DNA of 62,095 nt from an uncultured Fibrobacterota bacterium (GTDB taxonomy: Bacteria > Fibrobacterota > Chitinivibrionia > Chitinivibrionales > CAYFVL01). Within the stretch, counting starts at the first letter, position 1; every line of letters starts with the position of its first letter. Shown in pieces: positions 10,136 through 18,892 of this stretch. Below the pieces are notes generated by a model. It searched no databases. It saw only the letters and a list, made by a program, of their open reading frames with translations, and had not been told where the DNA came from. The stretch covers positions 1-62,095 of the forward strand of contig CAZPHU010000009.1 in the NCBI GenBank assembly GCA_964586285.1, read 5' to 3'. The position numbers and the translations under genes are program-made.

Positions 10136-11695
10136 TCAGGGCTTGTTTTGAAAAGCATCGAGAAAAGAGCTTTGCAAGGTGTCTTCTGACGGAGTAACCA
10201 AAGGAAGTCGAACTTTTGGAGGGTATGCGGGTATACGTTTACTTACGGCGTACTTGATTTTTGCTGTCTGATCCGGCCCCGAAAAATAATCCGAAATCCT
10301 TGTTATTTCCGACTGCAATTCGGAGATTCGGCCGGAGTCATTTGTAGAGAGTGCCTTTTCCATATCTCTGTACAGCCCGGGAGAATGATTGGCGTGGCCG
10401 CTGACAAAACCGTAAGCACCAAGTGAACAGGCCTTCTCTATATAACGGTCTTTTCCGACATAGTAGTGTGCGGTGGATGAGATCAGATCCAAATTTGCGG
10501 AAGAATCCTTCAAACCAAAGTAACGTATTTTTGAGAGCATCTCACCGGTAATCTCGTTTTGTGTATGGGCGGGGAAATTATATAAAATGAACGGAATGTC
10601 TATCTGGCCTGCGACCGTGTTGAAATAGTCCACGATACCCTCTTCAGGGGCATGGGCGAAATAAAAAGGCGGCAGGCACACTATCGCATCAGCTCCATAA
10701 TCCCGTCCCCATCTTGCATGCAGAATCGAATCCTGTAAAGCACCGGCACCGGATTGGAATAGAATGACTCCGGGAAAATATCGGCGCGCAACCGTGAGCA
10801 GCAAACGCTTCTCCTCTCCGGTCAGGGAGAAAAACTCTCCGGTGGTTCCGTTTACCAGGATTCGGTGGATGTCGTTGTCGGCCAGAAAATCAAGATGCGC
10901 GATAAACATCTTTTCATCTACTGCACCGCTTTGGTCGAAAGGAACCGTGACCGGTACAATCAGTCCCGACAAATCTACTTTCATAAGATCGGCCGCTAAA
11001 ACAGATCCGAAGGTCTCGAAAAGCTCCTCAGTCATCGATTCTACCACAAGGTGGTAGTCTGCCCGACAAAACAGATGCATATCCGCCCATTTCTTGCTGT
11101 CGGCTCCATATTCACTGAATTCGCGAAGATTACTCTGGAGAAATGTGCTTATAGCCTTCTCCCTGCTATACCCTCTGACTTCTATATCACGTCGGCAACG
11201 GGTGGCAAGTTGGGTACGCCAGTCGGAATCGATAAAAATGGAAAAATCAACAAGATCTCTGAAATTTTCGTATGTCGATATCTCCCCGTCCAAAATCACG
11301 TATTTGCCCGGTGTAAACAAAATAGTCGCATCGGCCGTACCCTGAACCGGATCGTAAACCGGTTTATCGAAAGAGCGGCCTTCTTTGGCTGCCTGAATGT
11401 GTTTTCTGACAAGCTCCATTTTATTGGCATGGGGATGGGCACCGAAAAGATTAATTCGTTTTCTGACTTCGCGCGGTGTCTTGTAGTCGTCCAGATGCAG
11501 TACCGAGCTTTGGGGAATGATGCTTGCCAGTTTGCTGCAAAAGGTAGATTTCCCCGTTCCTCCCGGTCCTCCTACGGCAATAACTGCCGGACGGATAGGG
11601 GAGGGGAGACATTTTTGTATTATTTGAGCAACGATCTCTTCGGCGGCTCGACGGCTGCCGGCTTTGTAAGAAACGTGGGTCTTGTTCCCGGACAT
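10136..11695 (-). CDS. Fusion: phosphoribulokinase/uridine kinase-family P-loop kinase plus DHDPS/NAL-family class I aldolase
   Basis: N-half: GGPGGTGKST, LHLDDY, HPHAN, KPVYD, RDIEVRG. C-half: NGTTGEF, LPPFYF, ILYNFP and Schiff-base GLKDSS. Confidence 0.85.
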   Translation of the reverse strand: MSGNKTHVSYKAGSRRAAEEIVAQIIQKCLPSPIRPAVIAVGGPGGTGKSTFCSKLASIIPQSSVLHLDDYKTPREVRKRINLFGAHPHANKMELVRKHIQAAKEGRSFDKPVYDPVQGTADATILFTPGKYVILDGEISTYENFRDLVDFSIFIDSDWRTQLATRCRRDIEVRGYSREKAISTFLQSNLREFSEYGADSKKWADMHLFCRADYHLVVESMTEELFETFGSVLAADLMKVDLSGLIVPVTVPFDQSGAVDEKMFIAHLDFLADNDIHRILVNGTTGEFFSLTGEEKRLLLTVARRYFPGVILFQSGAGALQDSILHARWGRDYGADAIVCLPPFYFAHAPEEGIVDYFNTVAGQIDIPFILYNFPAHTQNEITGEMLSKIRYFGLKDSSANLDLISSTAHYYVGKDRYIEKACSLGAYGFVSGHANHSPGLYRDMEKALSTNDSGRISELQSEITRISDYFSGPDQTAKIKYAVSKRIPAYPPKVRLPLVTPSEDTLQSSFLDAFQNKP

Positions 11696-11725
11696 GAACA
11701 GTTTTCCCGGCTTGAGGTTGAAAAT

Positions 11726-12283
11726 TTACCGCGCCTTATAACAATGCCTCTGATGATCATCCACCATCCCGACCGCTTGCATAAAGGCGTAACAGATGAC
11801 CGTGCCGACAAATGAAAAACCTTTCTTTTTCAGGTCGCGGCTCATCGCATCCGATTGAGCAGTGTGGGTAGGCAGTTCATCAAAAGATGCTGCCCGCTTT
11901 GCCGGAAAGCTAGTTTGATAGTTTGTAAATTGCCAGATATATCTGTCGAAAGTCCCGCATTCCCTGCGAATTTGCTCGAAGGCCCGGGCATTTTTAACGG
12001 CCGCTTCGATCTTGCGCCTGTTGCGGATAATCTTGTCGTTTTGTAAAAGCAGCCCGACCTCTTTGTCATCGAATCGAGCTATCTTTTTCCAGTCGAAGTT
12101 TTTGAATGCCTCACGAAAAGCATCCCTCTTGCGCAAAATGGTTATCCAGCTTAGCCCCGCCTGAAACCCTTCCAGGATCAGCATTTCGAATAATGCACGA
12201 TCGTCATGGAGCGGCTCCCCCCATTCTTGATCGTGGTACCTGATATAAAGCGGATCAGTTCCGGCCCAGTCGCAGCGCGGCAA
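11726..12283 (-). CDS. tag: DNA-3-methyladenine glycosylase I
   Basis: RCDW...YHDQEWG, LEGFQAGLSWITIL, IIRNRRKI, MQAVGMVDDHQRHC. Probable TTG start at 12283, just after the ispD stop (ORF track start 12370 overlaps ispD). Confidence 0.93.
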   Translation of the reverse strand: MPRCDWAGTDPLYIRYHDQEWGEPLHDDRALFEMLILEGFQAGLSWITILRKRDAFREAFKNFDWKKIARFDDKEVGLLLQNDKIIRNRRKIEAAVKNARAFEQIRRECGTFDRYIWQFTNYQTSFPAKRAASFDELPTHTAQSDAMSRDLKKKGFSFVGTVICYAFMQAVGMVDDHQRHCYKAR

Positions 12284-12284
12284 G

Positions 12285-12968
12285 TTATTTTCCTGCTGCA
12301 AGAAGCGCCTCCGCAATCGCCATATCCTGAGGAGTAGTAATCTTGAAATTAAGCGAATCTCCCCAGACAAATCCCACCTCTATGCCGCTTTGCTCCATAA
12401 GCATCGCTTCGTCGGTAGGCGGTGTCTTGAATGTACTAATCTGCTTAAATCCGCCCAGCAGGGAGTCTTTGTGAAACAGCTGCGGAGTTCCAACCCTGAG
12501 AAGCTGCGATCGGTCGAGTGTCTCCAAGCAAAGATCGTTTTCAAATCGACGAATTGTATCAACCACCGGAGTGGCTGTTATACAGCACCTGAACCGATCT
12601 CTTTTCGCCACAACTTTGTCAATGACCTCTCTTGTTACAAACGGCCGCGCGGCGTCGTGTATCATCACCCATTGTGCAAGGGATTTCTCCACCCCATTCC
12701 TTACCGACTGCCATCTATGCGCACCTCCCGGGACTATGTGAACAGGTTTATTCACGGCCGTTGATGATATGATTTCATTAGTCTGTTCCATCATGGCTTC
12801 AGGAACAACAACGATAATAACACCAACTAAAGGGTGATCTTGAAAAACCGGGATGGAATAATTCAAAAGCGGTTTTCCCGACAACGGTACAAATGCCTTG
12901 GGTTGCGAATAACCCAACCGTGTGCCTTCACCCGCCGCAGCAATTATGACATCGACCTTTTCATCCAT
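12285..12968 (-). CDS. ispD: 2-C-methyl-D-erythritol 4-phosphate cytidylyltransferase
   Basis: AAGEGTRLG...PKAF, GGAHRWQSV, IHDAARPF, TPQLF, NFKITTPQD. Confidence 0.92.
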   Translation of the reverse strand: MDEKVDVIIAAAGEGTRLGYSQPKAFVPLSGKPLLNYSIPVFQDHPLVGVIIVVVPEAMMEQTNEIISSTAVNKPVHIVPGGAHRWQSVRNGVEKSLAQWVMIHDAARPFVTREVIDKVVAKRDRFRCCITATPVVDTIRRFENDLCLETLDRSQLLRVGTPQLFHKDSLLGGFKQISTFKTPPTDEAMLMEQSGIEVGFVWGDSLNFKITTPQDMAIAEALLAAGK

Positions 12969-13899
12969 TATTATCCCTCCATGATTGGGGGTGATTAACT
13001 GATACCATATCCAGATTCGATGCAGCGGCGTTCTTCTTTACCTGCTCCACATCTTTACATCCGGGGATTACGCTTGTAACCGAAGGGTTTTTCAAACACC
13101 AGGCAAGTGCCCAATTTGCCATATCTACCCCCGGCGGAACCTCAGTCTCTCTAATCAGTTGAACCTGCTCAAGTTTTTCTCTTTCCTTTTCCTTGTCCCG
13201 AACAGATCTTACATCGTTTGCCGGAAAAGTATCTCCAGGTCTGTATTTACCGCTTAAATATCCGCTGGACAGAGGAACGCGGGCAAGTACACCAAGATCC
13301 AGTTTTTGACATAGTGGAAGAATGCTCTCCTCGGGTCTTTTGTCAAGCCGGTTATATACAACCTGAATCACCGAGGCATTTACTTTGGGGGCAGATTGAA
13401 CCATGTGAAGGCTTGGAGTGCGGGAGGCTAGCGAAATTCCCAGATAGCGAATCTTTCCGGCTTCTACCTGACGGTTAAGCATCTCCCAGAGATCATCCTG
13501 ATCGAAATTTTTATCCGTTCCCGAATGAAACTGATACAAGTCTATGTAATCGGTTCTGAGCGCCCTGAGACTGGCCTCAAGCTGCATTCTTACATCTTCG
13601 GCAGTCCATCTTTGATCGCGATCCTGGAATCTGTTGAATGTGTGACCGAATTTTGTCGCAACAGTCCATTCAGACCTTTTACCCTCAAGAAAGCTGCCGA
13701 TAAACGATTCAGACAAATGGTCGCCGTAACACTCCGCCGTATCCACAAAACGTATACCGGATTCGGCAGCCTGTGACAGTATTGCATCAACTTCCTTCTG
13801 AGTAAAATCTTTTCCCCACTCACCACCAAATTGCCATGTTCCTAAACCTATGACCGGTACCTTTAGATTCGTTTTTCCTAGCCTTCTGTATTTCATCAT
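12961..13899 (-). CDS. Aldo/keto reductase
   Basis: IGLGTWQFGG, DTAECYG, ATKFG, SLRALRTDYIDLYQFH, VIPG. Confidence 0.92.
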   Translation of the reverse strand: MMKYRRLGKTNLKVPVIGLGTWQFGGEWGKDFTQKEVDAILSQAAESGIRFVDTAECYGDHLSESFIGSFLEGKRSEWTVATKFGHTFNRFQDRDQRWTAEDVRMQLEASLRALRTDYIDLYQFHSGTDKNFDQDDLWEMLNRQVEAGKIRYLGISLASRTPSLHMVQSAPKVNASVIQVVYNRLDKRPEESILPLCQKLDLGVLARVPLSSGYLSGKYRPGDTFPANDVRSVRDKEKEREKLEQVQLIRETEVPPGVDMANWALAWCLKNPSVTSVIPGCKDVEQVKKNAAASNLDMVSVNHPQSWRDNNG

Positions 13900-13925
13900 T
13901 TCCTTTCCGAATTGCTCCGAATAAC

Positions 13926-13952
13926 AGGAAAAGGCCCGTTTTGCGGGCCTTT
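13926..13952 (-). terminator. Intrinsic terminator downstream of argG
   Basis: Perfect 9-bp stem aaaggcccg-N5-cgggccttt (13930-13952), short U tract on the minus strand. Confidence 0.6.
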
Positions 13953-13965
13953 GTAAAGTTTCTTT

Positions 13966-15171
13966 TTACGATTTTCGATCTATAAGGCCCTGCACTTTTA
14001 AGGGCAGACCGAATATCCGAATAAAACCGGAAGCGTCTTTCTGGTCGTAGAAGGTGGTGTCTGCAAACGATGCCAGATCCTCCAGATAAAGAGATTTGTC
14101 GGCCCTGGTACCCGCCGGTATAATATTACCTTTGTATAACTTTAATTTAACGGTGCCGGTGACATTTTTCTGAGTGGTCTCTACGAAAGAATCCATTGCT
14201 TCTCGCAAAGGAGTAAACCACTTGCCGTCGTAGACAAGATCGGCATAGGTAAGGGCAAGTTTTTCCTTGAAGTGAAGTGTGTCACGGTCGATCACAAGGT
14301 GCTCAAGCTCACGATGAGCGAAATAGAGGATTGTACCGCCGGGGGTTTCATATACACCGCGGGACTTGATGCCCACAAGGCGGTTTTCCACCATATCAAC
14401 ATGCCCTATTGCATGAACTCCTCCGATACGGTTTAGCTCTTCGAGCAGCTCGAGCGGAGACAGCTCCTTTCCGTTAACCGCAACGGGAGTTCCCTTTTCA
14501 AAAGTAAGTTCAACATACTCAGCCTTATCGGGAGCTTTCTCGATCGTATTTGAAAGAGTGTACACCTCATCCTGCGGTTCCTGAGCCGGATCCTCCAGAT
14601 CGCCACCCTCATGGCTTATGTGCCAGATGTTTCGGTCTTCCGAATATATTCTTTTTTTAGATTGACTTATGGGTATGTTGTGTTTCTGAGCATACGCTAT
14701 ACAATCTTCACGTGAGTGGAGCTGCCATTTGGGATCTTTCCAGGGCGCAATGATTTTCAGCGCAGGGTCAAGTGCCATGAAAGTCAGCTCAAAGCGGACC
14801 TGGTCGTTACCCTTTCCGGTGGCGCCGTGCGCCACCATTGTCGCTCCCTCTTTATGTGCGATTTCCACCTGGCGTTTGGCAATAATCGGGCGGGCGAAGC
14901 TGGTTCCTAAAAGGTATGTCCCCTCGTAAACGGCTCCCGCCTTGAGGGTAGGATAAATATAGTCGGTGATAAATTCTTCACGTAAATCCTCTATGTACAG
15001 TTTAGAGGCGCCTGTTTTGAGGGCCTTTTCCTCAAGCCCCTCAAGCTCTTCCCGCTGTCCCACATCGGCACACATCGCGACGACTTCGCAGTTGTAGGTC
15101 TCCTTAAGCCAGCGAATCATAACGGACGTATCCAATCCGCCGGAATATGCAAGAATACATTTTTCCATCAT
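13966..15171 (-). CDS. argG: Argininosuccinate synthase
   Basis: [33 protein letters not shown]. Confidence 0.97.
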   Translation of the reverse strand: MMEKCILAYSGGLDTSVMIRWLKETYNCEVVAMCADVGQREELEGLEEKALKTGASKLYIEDLREEFITDYIYPTLKAGAVYEGTYLLGTSFARPIIAKRQVEIAHKEGATMVAHGATGKGNDQVRFELTFMALDPALKIIAPWKDPKWQLHSREDCIAYAQKHNIPISQSKKRIYSEDRNIWHISHEGGDLEDPAQEPQDEVYTLSNTIEKAPDKAEYVELTFEKGTPVAVNGKELSPLELLEELNRIGGVHAIGHVDMVENRLVGIKSRGVYETPGGTILYFAHRELEHLVIDRDTLHFKEKLALTYADLVYDGKWFTPLREAMDSFVETTQKNVTGTVKLKLYKGNIIPAGTRADKSLYLEDLASFADTTFYDQKDASGFIRIFGLPLKVQGLIDRKS

Positions 15172-15244
15172 TTATCCCTTTTAAATGAAATTAAGTTTTT
15201 TCAAAGATGATTACTTTCGGTAGTTCTTCACGCAAGTTATCGTT

Positions 15245-15271
15245 AAACGGCGTCAATCAATGACGCCGTTT
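15245..15271. terminator. Hairpin between argD and argG (terminator or mRNA-stabilising stem)
   Basis: aaacggcgtca-atcaa-tgacgccgttt, a perfect 11-bp inverted repeat. Confidence 0.5.
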
Positions 15272-15341
15272 CCAGCTGAAATACTTCAATACCTTCAACC
15301 AAATGCATTGACTGAAAGCACTTTCTCCATACCGATGAGGG

Positions 15342-16529
15342 CTATTTGGGAGTGTCTTGTTTCAGCACCTTGTGTACGATTGTAAGCGCTTTGTCTATAT
15401 CTTCCTTATCAACAGTCAAAGGGGGTAAAAACCGGACCGTGTTATGAGCGGCTTTTATCAACAGTAAACCATTTTTGCGACACTCTTCTATGAAGCTCGC
15501 CGGGTCATCCGTCATGCGTATACCAAGCATCAGACCCATACCCCGAACCTCCGTAATGCGCTTATCTTGCTGAGCAAGTGCAACTAACTGTTCGATCAGA
15601 TAAGCGCCGTTTTGACGTACCTTCGAAAGAAAGTTTTCCTGAATGACGGTTTTCATCACAACTTCACCCAGGGCACAAGCGAGAGGATTACCTCCGAATG
15701 TGGTTCCATGATCCCCGGGGCTTACCGCCGAGGAGATGGACTCGGTGCAAACAACCGCGCCTAAGGGGAGCCCGCCGCCAAGGGGCTTTGCCAAAGTCAT
15801 AATGTCGGGAATAACATTATGATGTTGGTATTGCCACAATACCCCTGTCCGTCCAAGCCCACACTGTATTTCATCAAAAATCAGAGCAATATCGTGCTGA
15901 GTGGCATATGAGCGGAGAAACTGCAGAAACTGTGTATCGGCAAGATTGATTCCGCCTTCGCCCTGAAGCGGCTCAACAATAATAGCGGCGAAATCGTGTT
16001 CTTCCAGTAACTTCTCGGCCGCGGCAATATCATTAAATGGTACATAATGAAATCCCGGAACAATCGGTGTGAAATCGGTATGAAACTTCTCCTGTGCCGT
16101 TGCGCTTAGTGCCCCGTAAGTACGTCCGTGAAATCCGTCGCTGAAGGAAAGCACATGATACTTTTGGGGACTCTTCTTAAGGGCGGATTTTCGAGCGAAT
16201 TTGATCGCCGCCTCCATGGCCTCTGTGCCGCTGTTGCAAAGAAAAACCCGATTTCCGAAACTGTTTTCAATAAGAAGATTTGCAAGATCAATTTGCGGCT
16301 GCATGTAATAGAGATTTGATGCATGAAGAAGAAGCTCTCCCTGCTTCTGAAGAGCCGACATGATATCCTCATGACCATGCCCCAGTGCGCTAACCGCAAT
16401 ACCCGATCCGAAATCCAGGTACTCTTTTCCTTCGGAATCGTATAAATACATCCCCTTTCCCCGCACCATCGGGGACCCGCCGCGTTTATAAGTCGGAACA
16501 AATAGTGTATCAAGAAGCGGAATTGTCAT
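15342..16529 (-). CDS. argD: Acetylornithine aminotransferase
   Basis: NSGTEA, FHGRT, EPLQGEGG, DEIQCGLGRTG, AKPLGGG, HGTTFGGNPLAC; located in the arg cluster. Confidence 0.93.
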   Translation of the reverse strand: MTIPLLDTLFVPTYKRGGSPMVRGKGMYLYDSEGKEYLDFGSGIAVSALGHGHEDIMSALQKQGELLLHASNLYYMQPQIDLANLLIENSFGNRVFLCNSGTEAMEAAIKFARKSALKKSPQKYHVLSFSDGFHGRTYGALSATAQEKFHTDFTPIVPGFHYVPFNDIAAAEKLLEEHDFAAIIVEPLQGEGGINLADTQFLQFLRSYATQHDIALIFDEIQCGLGRTGVLWQYQHHNVIPDIMTLAKPLGGGLPLGAVVCTESISSAVSPGDHGTTFGGNPLACALGEVVMKTVIQENFLSKVRQNGAYLIEQLVALAQQDKRITEVRGMGLMLGIRMTDDPASFIEECRKNGLLLIKAAHNTVRFLPPLTVDKEDIDKALTIVHKVLKQDTPK

Positions 16530-16575
16530 TGTTAATCCTTTTATAAATGGTTTAAATATGCATAACTTATTAAGA

Positions 16576-17361
16576 TTAGTAGATCACCGTACCATGGGCG
16601 GTATCCGGTGATATCTCCGATACGAGAGTGTTTATACCGTGCCACCCGGCTATGTGCACTCTACCCACACCGCGGGAGACCGCTTCGGCGGCCGAACGTA
16701 TCTTCGGAATCATTCCGCCGGTGATTTGTCCCGCAGTGATAAGCTTCTCCACGTCTGAAGTTTTTATCTCATGCATAATTTCACCATCTATGCTGACACC
16801 CGCTACATCCGAGATGTAGATCAGGTGATCAACTTTCATACCGACTGCAAGCTCAGAAGCCGCCACATCGGCATTTACATTATAAATATCGCCCTTAGAA
16901 TCCCGACTGACCGGCGAGATCACAGGTACAAGTGAACAGGAAAGAAGAAATTTAACCAAAGAATCGTCTACTTTTTCTATCGTGCCGACATGACCAATAT
17001 CCTGATTGTTTATAAGAAGCCGCTTCGCACTGAACAAATTCCCGTCCACCCCGCTAATACCCAGGGCCCGCACATTCTCACAAAGCAAAGCGTTGACTAT
17101 GCGTTTGTTCACATCCCCGGAAAGTACCATCTGTACCGTCTGCATCGTTTGAGCATCCGTTACACGCATGCCCTCTACAAAGGTAAATTCCTTATTCAGC
17201 AGCTTCAACTGCCGTGCAATATCTTTTCCGCCCCCGTGCACAAGCATCGGAAGATGCTCCAGATCGATAAGTCGTTTAATCGCATTACCCAGTTCATCCA
17301 GCAGGCCGGGTGCATCTATCGTGGAACCGCCTATTTTAATACAAATGGTCTGTGATTGCAT
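16576..17361 (-). CDS. argB: Acetylglutamate kinase
   Basis: IKIGGS, VHGGG, GMRVTD, NVNAD, GGMIPK. Confidence 0.95.
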   Translation of the reverse strand: MQSQTICIKIGGSTIDAPGLLDELGNAIKRLIDLEHLPMLVHGGGKDIARQLKLLNKEFTFVEGMRVTDAQTMQTVQMVLSGDVNKRIVNALLCENVRALGISGVDGNLFSAKRLLINNQDIGHVGTIEKVDDSLVKFLLSCSLVPVISPVSRDSKGDIYNVNADVAASELAVGMKVDHLIYISDVAGVSIDGEIMHEIKTSDVEKLITAGQITGGMIPKIRSAAEAVSRGVGRVHIAGWHGINTLVSEISPDTAHGTVIY

Positions 17362-17490
17362 GCCGATGCTTTCAAATGCTTGAAGTTAAAATTTGCTAAA
17401 CCAGACAAATATACATAAATAGAAGCACTGTAAGGAACAGCACCGTCTATGCGTTTGACTGAATATCACAATCAATAGAAAAAAGGCTCT

Positions 17491-18513
17491 CTATATGAGC
17501 CCCTCTGTTTCTTTAAAATCAAACATGATATTCATGTTCTGAATCGCCTGGCCCGAGGCTCCCTTAATCAGATTGTCGATGGTCGATACTGCGATCACAG
17601 GCTGCCCGTCCACACCACCGGTAAAGCTTATATCACAGAAATTGGTGTGCGTAACAGAACGAATCCTGGGAAGATCTCCCGGAGTCCTTACTCGAACAAA
17701 CGGTTCGTCTTTATAGTAATTTCGAACCAATTCCAAACACTCTGCCGCATTCTTGTTGCCGGTTATGTATATCGTAGACAAAATCCCCCGGTTCATCGGG
17801 ATTAAATGAGGCGAAAAGGTTATACTGACCGGCTTACCACCCGCGCGGCTCAACTCCTGATCGACTTCTGCTATATGGCGATGCTGCCTGCCTATCGAAT
17901 AGGGGGTCAAATTTTCGTGCGCCTCCACAAAATGACTCGTCAGCTTCAAAGCTCGTCCCGCCCCGCTGACTCCAGATTTCGAATCGGCAATAATCGTCCG
18001 TATTTGGGTTGATTCGTCTTTTACCAAGGGAAGCAGCGGAAGCAGTATGCTTGTAGGGTAACATCCCGGGTTAGCCAGTATATTTGCCGTGCGTATCTCG
18101 GAGCGATAATGTTCGGGAAGTCCGAAAACCGCTTCGGAAAGAAGTTCCGGGTAAGGATGTTCTGTCTTATACCACATCTTGTATTCCCCGGCATCACGAA
18201 TCCGAAAATCCGCACTCAGATCAATCACGCGAACCCCGTTCTTGTAAAACGGACAGCAAAGTTTAGCCGAAACTGCATGAGGCAGACAGCTGAACACACA
18301 ATCGACCTTTTTTGAACCGGCAAGCTCTGTATCGATCAATTCCTCGTCGCAGATACCGGTTAATTCGGGGAAGATAGTGGCTATGCGTTGGCCCGCATAT
18401 GAGCGGGAAGACAGGAAACCGATTTGGACATTAGAGTGCCGGGCAAGCATTCGGATGAGTTCCAATCCGGTGTATGCGGTTGCTCCCAAAATTCCGACGG
18501 TAATATGAGCCAT
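17491..18513 (-). CDS. argC: N-acetyl-gamma-glutamyl-phosphate reductase
   Basis: GATAYTG, DLSADFR, ANPGCYPT, SGVSGAGR, DNLIKGASGQA. Start at 18513 is better spaced from AAGGA than 18522. Confidence 0.95.
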   Translation of the reverse strand: MAHITVGILGATAYTGLELIRMLARHSNVQIGFLSSRSYAGQRIATIFPELTGICDEELIDTELAGSKKVDCVFSCLPHAVSAKLCCPFYKNGVRVIDLSADFRIRDAGEYKMWYKTEHPYPELLSEAVFGLPEHYRSEIRTANILANPGCYPTSILLPLLPLVKDESTQIRTIIADSKSGVSGAGRALKLTSHFVEAHENLTPYSIGRQHRHIAEVDQELSRAGGKPVSITFSPHLIPMNRGILSTIYITGNKNAAECLELVRNYYKDEPFVRVRTPGDLPRIRSVTHTNFCDISFTGGVDGQPVIAVSTIDNLIKGASGQAIQNMNIMFDFKETEGLI

Positions 18514-18569
18514 ATATCTCATCCTTTAGTTTATCTGAAAAATCGTTCTTACCGTATTTTCTTCCTGAT

Positions 18570-18822
18570 ACCCAAGATGTTGTGGTTTGGTCATAAATCT
18601 CTGAAAATGTATCACCCACAGGATAAAACCACCTCCAAACGAGATTTAAAAATAATATACCGGGCAACATTCGGTTCATCCAAGCCTCCGGCCTTTGCCG
18701 TGAGAAACGCCGCGAGGCCCCATATCTTGTGTGTTTAAACACAATCACTTGCGCAGCAGGCAAAAAAAAGTTTCTTGGAATATGGGGTTTTTCTTGACTC
18801 CCAACACCATATATTGTATCTT
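18570..18822 (+). promoter_or_regulatory. smc promoter (TTGACT-N17-TATCTT) with three NrdR-box-like sites
   Basis: -35 at 18794-18799, -10 at 18817-18822. 16-mers acccaagatgttgtgg (18570-18585), gccccatatcttgtgt (18717-18732) and acaccatatattgtat (18804-18819) resemble acaCwAtATaTwGtgt. Confidence 0.6.
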
Positions 18823-18892
18823 GGTAGCGATTCACCATCGAAGTGTAGTAGTCTCTTGTACACTTAAATTAGAGTAAGGGTTTAGACATCTT

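Noticed and set aside
16530-17490. ArgR boxes near argD/argB
   Set aside because: Half-sites TGCAT/TGAAT are present but the spacing and second half do not fit the ARG box.
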